NCBI GenBank assembly: GCA_016281405.1
Contig: JAEEIO010000013.1
Coordinates: 1 to 50,279, forward strand
Length of the DNA: 50,279 nt
Origin: Clostridiales bacterium
GTDB lineage: Bacteria > Bacillota > Clostridia > Oscillospirales > RGIG5299
Direction: 5' to 3'
Position numbers and translations under genes: made by a program. Positions 41,241 through 49,551 of this stretch are shown piece by piece (position 1 is the stretch's first letter; each line of letters opens with the position of its first letter). Below the pieces are notes generated by a model. That model had not been told where the DNA came from. It did not search any database and saw only the letters and a list, made by a program, of their open reading frames with translations.

Positions 41241-42623
41241 ATTACGGAAAGGAACGACATTATAGCGGCCGTCGCGACGCCGAGAGGCACGGGCGGCATA
41301 GCCGTTATAAGAATAAGCGGCGAAGGGGCGCTGGGTACCGCCCTTAAGGTCTTTTTCGCCGCCTCAAAAAAGCCCGTCCGTCCCCGAGAGGCCGTCTACG
41401 GAAAGATTGTAAAGGACGGCAGGACGGTCGATACGGGTATTCTGATTTACTACAAGTCGCCCGCGTCCTATACGGGCGAGGATATGTGCGAACTCTCGTG
41501 CCACGGCGGCGCGCTCGTCACCGAAAAGGTGCTGAAAACGGTGCTTTCGGCGGGCGCGAGGCTCGCGGAGCCCGGGGAGTTTACAAAGCGCGCCTTTATA
41601 AACGGAAAAATGCTTCTTGACGAGGCCGAGGCCGTCGGCGAGATAATCGAGGCCGACAGCGAGCGGTGCCTCGAGGCGGCGGCGGGAAATCTCGAAAGCG
41701 GCGTCGGCAAGAGGCTTTCGGGCGCGAAAGCGACCATAAACGAGATAATCGCACGGTTTTTCGCCGTCATAGACTGGCCCGACGAGGAGATAGAGGAAGA
41801 GGAGCGTCCCGCTTTGCTTGAAAAGCTCGAAAAGTGCGAAAAGCTCTTTTCGGATGCCATATCGGGCGCGGCGGCGGGAAGAATTATAAAAGAGGGACTT
41901 TCGGTAGTCATCGCGGGCGCGGCAAACGCCGGCAAATCGACACTTATGAACGCCATCGCAGACTCGGAGCGAAGCATTGTGACGAGCGTCCCCGGCACGA
42001 CGCGCGACGTCGTGAGCGAGACCGTTTCGCTTCGCGGACTTAAAATAAGACTTTCCGACACGGCGGGACTTCGGGAAAGCGGCGACGAGATAGAAAAAAT
42101 CGGCGTCTTTAAGGCCGTCTCGGCGCTTAAAAAGGCCGACCTCATACTTTTCGCGGCCGACTCGAACGATCTCGGCATGGAGACGGCCGAGGCGGCAAAG
42201 ACCGTGGCGGCGGCGGGAAAGCCGTTTATCGCGGTATTCACGAAAACCGATCTGAGCGGATTTGAAGATAAAGACGTCCCGTCCGCTCTGGCGGCGCTGG
42301 GACTTCCTAAAGACCTTCCGTCGGTCGCCTTGAGCGCGGTGACGGGCGAAAATATGGCGGCGCTTGCCGACAAAACCGTCGCTTTCGCGGGCGTCTCCGA
42401 AGAAAAAGGTCCCGTCATAATGAGCGAGCGGCAATACGGCTGTTTAAAGGAAGCCGACGAGGCCGTGAAACGAGCGATAGAGCTGATAAAACAATGCGAA
42501 ATGCCCGACAAGACCGTCGCGGAGCTTACGGCGGCGGTGGGCGCCCTTTCGCGCCTCGACGGCACCAAAGCCGACGAGGAGATATTAAAAACCATATTCG
42601 ACAAATTCTGCGTCGGCAAATGA
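41241..42623 (+). CDS. mnmE: tRNA modification GTPase MnmE (start codon non-canonical/uncertain)
   Basis: The ORF track begins at ATG 41484 (MCELSCHGG…). The same frame is open from 41205 and encodes the conserved N-terminal domain …NDIIAAVATPRGTGGIAVIRISGEGA…YYKSPASYTGED. G-domain GAANAGKSTLMNA…DTAGLRE. C-terminal FCVGK. Confidence 0.85.
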   Translation: MTERNDIIAAVATPRGTGGIAVIRISGEGALGTALKVFFAASKKPVRPREAVYGKIVKDGRTVDTGILIYYKSPASYTGEDMCELSCHGGALVTEKVLKTVLSAGARLAEPGEFTKRAFINGKMLLDEAEAVGEIIEADSERCLEAAAGNLESGVGKRLSGAKATINEIIARFFAVIDWPDEEIEEEERPALLEKLEKCEKLFSDAISGAAAGRIIKEGLSVVIAGAANAGKSTLMNAIADSERSIVTSVPGTTRDVVSETVSLRGLKIRLSDTAGLRESGDEIEKIGVFKAVSALKKADLILFAADSNDLGMETAEAAKTVAAAGKPFIAVFTKTDLSGFEDKDVPSALAALGLPKDLPSVALSAVTGENMAALADKTVAFAGVSEEKGPVIMSERQYGCLKEADEAVKRAIELIKQCEMPDKTVAELTAAVGALSRLDGTKADEEILKTIFDKFCVGK

Positions 42624-42639
42624 CGCGGGGGAGTTAAAA

Positions 42640-44553
42640 GTGAAGACGTATATATCCGAAAGCTACGATGTAGCGGTAATAGGGGCGGGACACGCGGGCA
42701 TCGAGGCCGCGCTCGCCTCCGCGCGCCTCGGATGCAAGACGATCGTCTTCGCTATGAACCTCGACACCGTGGGAAATATGCCCTGCAATCCGTCGATAGG
42801 CGGCACGGCGAAGGGGCATTTAGTTCGAGAGATAGACGCCCTCGGGGGCGAGATGGGCAAGGCCGCCGACGAGTGCGCCATGCAGATAAGGATGCTCAAC
42901 CGCGGCAAGGGGCCCGCCGTCTACAGTCTTCGCGCCCAGATCGACCGCCGCCGCTACTCCGAGCGGATGAAGCATACCCTTGAAACCGCGGAAAATCTCG
43001 ACCTGAAGCAGGCCGAGATAACCGAAATAAGATTTAGGGACGAGGACGGCAAAAAGGCCGTGGAGGCCGTGGTGACGCGGCTCGGAGCCGTCTACCCCGT
43101 GAAGGCCGTCGTCGTGGCGACGGGGACGTATTTAAGAGGCCGCGTGCTGATAGGCGAGGTCAATTACCCGTCGGGGCCCGACGGACTTTTCCCCTCCGTC
43201 GCCCTTGCCGACTGCCTCAAAGACGCGGGCGTTTCGGTAGTCCGCTTCAAGACGGGCACCCCCGCGAGGGTCAAGCGCTCGTCCATCGACTTTTCAAAGT
43301 GCGAATTACAGGAGGGCGAGACCGACCTCTGTCCCTTCAGCTTCGAGTCGAAGAAGCCGCCCGAGAACAAGGCGGTCTGCCACCTCACCTACACCAACGA
43401 AAAGACCAAAGAGGTCATAATGCGAAATCTCGACCGCTCGCCGCTCTATACGGGCGTTATAGAGGGCGTCGGGCCGCGTTATTGCCCCTCTATCGAGGAC
43501 AAGGTCGTCCGCTTCGCCGACAAAAAACGCCACCAGCTCTTTTTGGAGCCGATGGGCGAGAAGACCGACGAGATATACGTTCAGGGCATATCGTCCTCGC
43601 TCCCCGAGGACGTGCAGTTAGAGCTTTTACGGACTATCCCCGGGCTTGAAAACGTCAAGATAATGAGGACGGCCTACGCCATTGAATACGACTGCGTCGA
43701 CCCGACGGAGCTGGCGGCGTCGCTCGAGTTCAAAAAGATAAAGGGTCTTTTCGGCGCGGGACAGTTCAACGGCTCCTCGGGCTACGAGGAGGCGGCGGCG
43801 CAGGGTCTTATGGCGGGCATAAACGCCGCGAGAGGGGTAAAAGGGCTTAAAGCCGTCGTGCTTCCCCGCTCGTCGTCGTATATCGGAACGCTTATCGACG
43901 ACCTCGTCACCAAGGGGACGAACGAGCCCTACAGGATGATGACCTCGCGGTCGGAATACCGTCTCATTTTAAGGCAGGATAACGCCGATTTACGATTAAC
44001 TCCGCTCGGACGCGAGATAGGTCTTATCGGCGAAAAGAGATACCGCGCCTTTCTTTTGAAGCAAAAGAAGATCAAAAAAGAGCTTGAAAGGCTTAAAAAT
44101 ACGACGGCGCGGCCGTCAAGAGAACTCAACGCCGCGCTCGAGGCGGCGGGAAGCGAAAAGATAACGACGGGCGCGAGGCTCTCGGAGCTTCTGAAGCGTC
44201 CGCGCGTCACCTACGAAACGCTCTCGGTCGCCGACCCCGAAAGGCCGAAATTAAGGCGCGACGTGACCGAAGAGGTCGAGATACTTTTGAAATACGACGG
44301 CTACATAAGGCGCGAGGAGCGCGAGGCCGAAGGATTTCTGAAAGAGGAGGCGCGGCTTTTGCCGAAGGACGCTGACTATCTCGCGATCGAGGGTCTTCGG
44401 CTCGAGGCGAGGCAAAAGCTTGACAAAATACGGCCCGAAAGCATCGGGCAGGCCTCGAGGATCTCGGGCGTTTCGCCCGCCGACGTGGCGGTTTTGATGA
44501 TATGGCTCGACCGAAGGGGCCGCGAAAAAAGAGAAAAGAAGGACGAAAAATGA
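42640..44553 (+). CDS. mnmG: tRNA uridine 5-carboxymethylaminomethyl modification enzyme MnmG (GidA)
   Basis: 637 aa. …YDVAVIGAGHAGIEAALASARLGCKT…GGTAKGHLVREIDALGG…GPRYCPSIEDK… GTG start after GGGGGAG. Confidence 0.95.
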   Translation: MKTYISESYDVAVIGAGHAGIEAALASARLGCKTIVFAMNLDTVGNMPCNPSIGGTAKGHLVREIDALGGEMGKAADECAMQIRMLNRGKGPAVYSLRAQIDRRRYSERMKHTLETAENLDLKQAEITEIRFRDEDGKKAVEAVVTRLGAVYPVKAVVVATGTYLRGRVLIGEVNYPSGPDGLFPSVALADCLKDAGVSVVRFKTGTPARVKRSSIDFSKCELQEGETDLCPFSFESKKPPENKAVCHLTYTNEKTKEVIMRNLDRSPLYTGVIEGVGPRYCPSIEDKVVRFADKKRHQLFLEPMGEKTDEIYVQGISSSLPEDVQLELLRTIPGLENVKIMRTAYAIEYDCVDPTELAASLEFKKIKGLFGAGQFNGSSGYEEAAAQGLMAGINAARGVKGLKAVVLPRSSSYIGTLIDDLVTKGTNEPYRMMTSRSEYRLILRQDNADLRLTPLGREIGLIGEKRYRAFLLKQKKIKKELERLKNTTARPSRELNAALEAAGSEKITTGARLSELLKRPRVTYETLSVADPERPKLRRDVTEEVEILLKYDGYIRREEREAEGFLKEEARLLPKDADYLAIEGLRLEARQKLDKIRPESIGQASRISGVSPADVAVLMIWLDRRGREKREKKDEK

Positions 44554-45851
44554 AAAAGATTTCCGAAAACTTAGGGAATAATAACGGCCGCCTCACCATC
44601 GGCGGCGTCGACGCCGTGGCGCTCGCGGAAAAATACGGCACGCCGCTTTACGTCATGGACGAAGACCTGATGGCGTCGACCGCGAAGGCCTACACCGAGG
44701 CCATCGAAAAGGCCTACGGCAAGGGAAACGGCATGATTTTATACGCCTCCAAGGCCTTTTGCTGTCTTGAAAGCTGCCGCTTCGCAAAAAGAAACGGCTT
44801 GGGGCTCGACGTCGTCTCGGGCGGCGAACTTTACACCGCCCTGAAGGCGGGATTTCCCGTTGAAAAGATTTATTTTCACGGCAACAACAAGACGAAGGCC
44901 GAGCTGAAAATGGCGATGGAAAACGGCGTCGGCCGCGTGGTCGTCGACAACGTGACCGAGCTTGAAAATCTCGGCGCCGCGGCGGCCGAGGCGAGAAAGA
45001 CCGCGAAAATACTCTTCAGGATAAAGCCCGGCATCGACGCCCACACACATAATTACGTCCGCACTGGCGCCATCGACTCGAAATTCGGCTTCGCCCTCGA
45101 AAACGGCGAGGCGTTCGAGGCGGCGGCAAGGGCGAAAGAGATGAAAAACATCGAGATTATCGGCGTTCATTGCCATATCGGCTCGCAGATCTTCGACATC
45201 GAGCCCTTCGAGGACGCCGCCGAAGTCATGCTTCGCTTTATGGCCGAGATAAAAAACAAACTCGGCGTGACGGTAAAAGAGTTAAATCTCGGCGGCGGAT
45301 ACGGCATAAAATACGTTGACGGCAACGACCCCGTCCCCTACGGCGACTATATAGCGAAAATCAGCGTGAGGGTCAGAAAGGTCTGCGAAAAGTTAGGTCT
45401 TTCGCTTCCGTTTATACTCATGGAGCCGGGGCGCAGTCTCGTCGGACCGGCGGGCGTGACCCTCTACACCATAGGCGGCGTCAAGGAGATAAAGGGGATA
45501 AGAAACTACGTCTCCGTCGACGGCGGCATGACCGACAACCCCCGCTACGCCCTTTATAAATCCGACTATACCGTGGTGCTTGCCGACCGCGTCGGCGAAA
45601 AGCCCGCGGGGAAATACACCGTCGCGGGAAGGTGCTGCGAAAGCGGCGACCTTATTCAGGAGGACGTCCCCCTGCCCGAGCCTAAGGCGGGCGAAATTCT
45701 CGCCGTGCTCGCGACGGGCGCCTACAACTACAGTATGGCGATGAACTACAACCGCGTGCCGCGCGCCCCCGTCGTGGGTCTTTCGGGCGGCGTCGACAGA
45801 CTCTGGATAAAGCGCGAAAGCTACGACGACCTTATCAAAAACGATATTTAA
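44550..45851 (+). CDS. lysA: Diaminopimelate decarboxylase
   Basis: ATG 44550 overlaps the mnmG TGA (ATGA), with AGAAGGA upstream. …YGTPLYVMDE…YASKAF…HCHIGSQI…LNLGGGYGI…CESGD… The ORF track start at 44502 is an upstream extension overlapping mnmG. Confidence 0.9.
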   Translation: MKKISENLGNNNGRLTIGGVDAVALAEKYGTPLYVMDEDLMASTAKAYTEAIEKAYGKGNGMILYASKAFCCLESCRFAKRNGLGLDVVSGGELYTALKAGFPVEKIYFHGNNKTKAELKMAMENGVGRVVVDNVTELENLGAAAAEARKTAKILFRIKPGIDAHTHNYVRTGAIDSKFGFALENGEAFEAAARAKEMKNIEIIGVHCHIGSQIFDIEPFEDAAEVMLRFMAEIKNKLGVTVKELNLGGGYGIKYVDGNDPVPYGDYIAKISVRVRKVCEKLGLSLPFILMEPGRSLVGPAGVTLYTIGGVKEIKGIRNYVSVDGGMTDNPRYALYKSDYTVVLADRVGEKPAGKYTVAGRCCESGDLIQEDVPLPEPKAGEILAVLATGAYNYSMAMNYNRVPRAPVVGLSGGVDRLWIKRESYDDLIKNDI

Positions 45852-45864
45852 GGAGTGAAAGGGC

Positions 45865-47751
45865 TTGAAAAAGGGTAAAGGGCTTTTTTGCGTCGGAAAA
45901 GCTTTTCCGACCGTCCTCCTTTGCCTCTTTTTCGCCCTCGTTTTCGCCCTTTCGCCCTTTGCGGCGCCGTATTACTACGACCCTTCCGCGAAATCGGGCG
46001 GCGACGGAAGCCGCAAAAAGCCTTTTTCGGAAATTTCCGAAATCACTCTTGAAGACGGCGACGTTTTAACGCTTGAGGACGGAGAATACGGCGACCTTGC
46101 CGTCACGGCCGAAAGCGGCGCGAAAGTCAAAATAGCCGCGGCGGCGGACGCCGCGGTGTTCAAGGGAGTTTTGAAGATAACGGGCGGCGACGTTACGGTC
46201 GAAGGCGTCTTTTTCGAAAACGCCGTGAAGGCGACCGACTGCGAGGCGCTTGCCCTCAGAAATCTCTCGTTTTGCGGCTCCGCCGCGGGCGTGGGAGTCG
46301 ATAATTCTTATAATATCTCGTTTGAAAACTGCGATTTTCTCGGGTGCCGAACCGCCGTAAGCCTCGAGGCGTGCGAAAACGTCTCGGCCTCGGAATGCCT
46401 TTTTACCTCGTGCGACGTCGCCGTTTCGGCGGCGGGCGTCAATTTCGGATACGGCGCGACCAAAGGGGAAAGCGGCTTTCTCAACTGCTTCGCGAGGGAG
46501 TGCCTTCACGCGGCGTCCTTTTCCGATTGCCGCGACGTCGCCTTCACGCGGGGACATTTCACGAAGGGCGGCCTTGACCTTAAGCGGGTTTCGGGATTTT
46601 ATATTGAGGACGCCGTTTTCGCGGGGTGCGAAAAGGCTCTTAGGCTCGAGGAGTCGTCGGGCGACGTTTACGGATGTCTTTTCTATAACTGCGGCGCCGC
46701 CGTGTCGGCGGAAAGCCCCGTAAACGACGTGAAAATAAGTCTTTCGGCGGCCGACGGCGAAACGGTAGTCCCCGCGGGAGCGGCGGGGATCGAGGCCGTA
46801 TCCTTTGAGAAGGTCGAAGGGGCGGCGAGCCGCTTCGGCTTCAACAAGGACGGCGACGACGAGGGCTTCGGCAACGCCATGGGCGTCCGCGTGTCAGTCG
46901 GGGACGGGTATTATTCCTTCGAGCCCGACAACAACTATCTTTACGTTTTCAGAGACGGCCTCTATTCAGACCCGTATCTTTGCTCGCGGGTCGCCGTGGA
47001 TTTCGGCGAGGAGACCGACCTTTACGGCGTTATGAGCGTCAAGACCTTAAACGGCTCGCCGTGGATATCCGGCGGACAGAGCGGCTGCGTCCTCGAGGGC
47101 GTGAAAAAGCTTTTCGTTTCGGAGCCGTTTTCTTTCGCCTCGCCGATAAAGGATATCGAGTTCAAGTTTTCGCTTGTGGGAAGGCATTCTATAGACAGTA
47201 TTTCGTTTTTGCCGGATATATCGGCCGACGCCCGCCTTATCTCCGATAATACGATCCGCCTGACCCTTTCGGGCGTTTCGCGTCCCGTCTTCTCGGGGCG
47301 TCCCGCACTTGAGGCGGCGGGGACCGAAAGCGGCTTTACCGCCGTTTTCAGAGGCGGAAAGACCGTCGACCTCGTCTTTGAAAAAAGCGTTCTGAAGGAG
47401 GCGGCGTCCATATCCTTAAAGCCGCTTCCCGATATGTTCTCAGAGCCGTTTTGCTCGCTTCTTTCGGGCAAGGACATTTTCGGCCTCACGCCTGCGGCCG
47501 AGGCGGCCGCAAGGGAATATTCGGAGCCGCAAAACTACCCGCTTGTCACCGTCACAGTAAGTCCAAAGGTCGAAAAAACCGATTTCAAAGGCGTCTTACT
47601 GAATATTGCCTTCGTAGCGGTCATAGTCGCCCTTGTCGCGGGCACGCTCTTCGTCCTCTATCTCATCTTAGGCAAGCGAAACAGACTCCGAAAATTTGCC
47701 AAAAAAGGAAGAAAAGCGCTTAAAAACCGTAAAAGGTCAAAGCGCTTCTGA
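45865..47751 (+). CDS. Cys-rich parallel beta-helix (PbH1) surface protein with signal peptide and C-terminal TM anchor + basic tail
   Basis: 628 aa. Repeats of the type NISFENCDFLGCRTAVSLEACENVSASECLFTSCDVAVS. C-terminus LLNIAFVAVIVALVAGTLFVLYLILGKRNRLRKFAKKGRK. TTG start after AAGGAGTG. Confidence 0.65.
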   Translation: MKKGKGLFCVGKAFPTVLLCLFFALVFALSPFAAPYYYDPSAKSGGDGSRKKPFSEISEITLEDGDVLTLEDGEYGDLAVTAESGAKVKIAAAADAAVFKGVLKITGGDVTVEGVFFENAVKATDCEALALRNLSFCGSAAGVGVDNSYNISFENCDFLGCRTAVSLEACENVSASECLFTSCDVAVSAAGVNFGYGATKGESGFLNCFARECLHAASFSDCRDVAFTRGHFTKGGLDLKRVSGFYIEDAVFAGCEKALRLEESSGDVYGCLFYNCGAAVSAESPVNDVKISLSAADGETVVPAGAAGIEAVSFEKVEGAASRFGFNKDGDDEGFGNAMGVRVSVGDGYYSFEPDNNYLYVFRDGLYSDPYLCSRVAVDFGEETDLYGVMSVKTLNGSPWISGGQSGCVLEGVKKLFVSEPFSFASPIKDIEFKFSLVGRHSIDSISFLPDISADARLISDNTIRLTLSGVSRPVFSGRPALEAAGTESGFTAVFRGGKTVDLVFEKSVLKEAASISLKPLPDMFSEPFCSLLSGKDIFGLTPAAEAAAREYSEPQNYPLVTVTVSPKVEKTDFKGVLLNIAFVAVIVALVAGTLFVLYLILGKRNRLRKFAKKGRKALKNRKRSKRF

Positions 47752-47769
47752 TAAAGAAAGGTGATACCC

Positions 47770-48849
47770 TTGAAAAAATTACTCTCTTTGATATCTCTCG
47801 CGGCGGCGGCGGTGCTTTTTGCAGTCACCGTCTTTACCGCGTGCTCGGGCGGGGGCGAAACGCCTTCGTCGGCCGCGAGCCCGTCGGACGAAACCGCCTC
47901 CGTGACCTCCTCCGAAACGACCTCCGCGCAGTCCGAGGCTTCCTCCGAAGCGTCGTCGGAAGCCATGTCCGATCCGTCCTCGGAGCCGTCCTCGGAGGCT
48001 TCGTCGGAGACCGAGAGCAAACCCGAAAGCAAACCCGAGAGCAAGCCCGAAAGCAAACCCGCTTCGAGCGAGGCCGGGTCGAGCGACCCGACGCCGTCTT
48101 CGGAGCCTGCGCCGACGGGAGATTATGCCTCCGTGGCGGGATACGTCGCCGAAAACGACGCGAGGTATAACGCCTACGGCAAAAAGCATAAGGATCTGTC
48201 GGACGAAAGAGTCGTCGCAATAGTCAATTTCGGCTACGACGGGGAGTTTTATACGAACGTTTTGCCGTCCCCGAACAAACAGACGAAATACGTGCTCGTA
48301 AACAAGTTCTATTATCTCGACCGCGACTACGTCCCCGACGATCTCGTCGCCCTGCCGTCGGCCTATAAGCACGCGAGCAACGTCTCGCTCCAGCGAGAGG
48401 CTTACGACGCCTTCATAATCCTTTGCGACGCCGCGAAAAAAGCCGGCTACACCATACTCGGGCAGTCGGGCTACAGAAGCTACGAGACGCAGGAGAAATT
48501 ATACAACAAATATCTCAAAAACGAGGGCGGAAACGTCGCCGCCGTCGACTCCTACAGCGCCCGCCCCGGTCACTCCGAGCATCAGACGGGTCTTGCCATA
48601 GACGTCGTCGGCGAGACGGGGTCGATGGGCAAATACGGCAAGTCGAAAAGCTACAAGTGGGCCGTCGAAAACGTCTGGAAATACGGGTTTATAATCCACT
48701 ACACGACGGCAAACGAGTATATCACGGGCTACGAGACCGAGGAGTGGCATTTCCGCTTCGTCGGCAAAGAAGCCGCGGCGGAAATACACAGCCGCGGCAT
48801 TACGGTCGACGAATACCTCGCCGAACAAATCAATAAGTTATCTTCTTAA
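47770..48849 (+). CDS. VanY/M15B-type D-alanyl-D-alanine carboxypeptidase lipoprotein with Ser/Glu/Pro-rich linker
   Basis: TTG 47770 lies after AAAGGTGA (ORF track starts at GTG 47761). Lipobox VFTACSGG. Catalytic region SGYRSYETQEKLY…ARPGHSEHQTGLAIDV…EEWHFRFVG. Confidence 0.85.
   Translation: MKKLLSLISLAAAAVLFAVTVFTACSGGGETPSSAASPSDETASVTSSETTSAQSEASSEASSEAMSDPSSEPSSEASSETESKPESKPESKPESKPASSEAGSSDPTPSSEPAPTGDYASVAGYVAENDARYNAYGKKHKDLSDERVVAIVNFGYDGEFYTNVLPSPNKQTKYVLVNKFYYLDRDYVPDDLVALPSAYKHASNVSLQREAYDAFIILCDAAKKAGYTILGQSGYRSYETQEKLYNKYLKNEGGNVAAVDSYSARPGHSEHQTGLAIDVVGETGSMGKYGKSKSYKWAVENVWKYGFIIHYTTANEYITGYETEEWHFRFVGKEAAAEIHSRGITVDEYLAEQINKLSS
48013..48060 (+). repeat. Four tandem 12-bp coding repeats (ESKP)x4 in the VanY linker
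   Basis: gagagcaaaccc / gaaagcaaaccc / gagagcaagccc / gaaagcaaaccc. Confidence 0.9.
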
Positions 48850-49500
48850 ACCGAGCGCCTCGCAGATACGCTCGGGGGCGTCTCTGAAGTCGCCCCACTC
48901 GGCGCCCGCGTTACGATAGTCGAACATGGCGGTAAAGGAGTCGACGTCTTTGGCGAGGCCGTCGTAGTAGGCCTTCTGAGTGGCCGTCAGGGCTTTGCGG
49001 AAGCGGTCTCTTTCTTTGCTTTTGAGCCGCTTTTCGCTCATTGTATAAAGGACGGAAAAGTGCTTTAAGCAGTAGCCTTTTTGCGCCGCTACCTTCTCTC
49101 TGAAGGCCTCGTCGCCCGAGTAGAGCCAGAAGAGGTTTTCATACATCCCCGAAAGGTATCTTTCAATTCTCGCGCATATATAGCAGCTGTCGGCGGTCGC
49201 CGCGAAAAGCCGCTCCTTTTTGGAGTCGCTCTCGTCGAGCCAGCCGCGAAGCTCTTGCAAACGGCTCTGGAGCATGAGGGCGAGCGGAAGTTTTTTCTTG
49301 GCGTCAAGCATTTTCTCGAGGTGGTCGGGGCAAAATCCGAGGCGGTTGGTCGCGATCCTCACGTCGGGCTCCATCATCGAGGCGCCTAAAATCAGCGTCA
49401 GCTCGTTTTGCTCGAGCGTTTCGGTAAGGGCGCAAAGGGGGCAGCCTTCCTTTTTGTCGAAGGCCTCGTTTATCGGTATGGTGTAGATGGTTTCGGCCAT
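48838..49500 (-). CDS. Cys-rich hypothetical protein (four CxxC/CxxH-like pairs; possibly DUF6062-like)
   Basis: The real gene begins MAETIYTIPINEAFDKKEGCPLCALTE… at ATG 49500. It contains …FCPDH…, …CYICARIE…, …YCLKHF… The upstream part of ORF 48838-50211 is antisense to ogg. The family name is from memory only. Confidence 0.65.
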   Translation of the reverse strand: MAETIYTIPINEAFDKKEGCPLCALTETLEQNELTLILGASMMEPDVRIATNRLGFCPDHLEKMLDAKKKLPLALMLQSRLQELRGWLDESDSKKERLFAATADSCYICARIERYLSGMYENLFWLYSGDEAFREKVAAQKGYCLKHFSVLYTMSEKRLKSKERDRFRKALTATQKAYYDGLAKDVDSFTAMFDYRNAGAEWGDFRDAPERICEALGLRR

Positions 49501-49551
49501 TTTATCGCCGCCTTTCACGGTTATTATAACAGAAAAAGGTGTTTTTAACAA

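Noticed and set aside
41063-41258. Possible replication origin at the strand-switch between the DUF1846 gene (minus) and mnmE (plus). mnmE/mnmG are usually origin-proximal.
   Set aside because: I could find no cluster of TTATCCACA-type DnaA boxes (only a poor ttataccaca). There is no dnaA, dnaN, rpmH or par gene in the window. The AT-rich stretch is explained by two divergent promoters.
41364-42619. Two long minus-strand ORFs (356 and 383 aa) opposite mnmE.
   Set aside because: They are Arg/Ser/Ala-rich low-complexity translations antisense to a clearly conserved MnmE reading frame.
44502-44549. Upstream extension of lysA (MARPKGPRKKRKEGRK) in the ORF track.
   Set aside because: It overlaps the mnmG C-terminus in another frame. 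ATG 44550 has a proper SD and gives a typical LysA N-terminus.
48013-48060. Short direct repeats considered as a CRISPR-like or minisatellite array.
   Set aside because: The repeats are contiguous 12-bp units without spacers, in frame inside a coding linker. No CRISPR repeat-spacer structure exists anywhere in the window.
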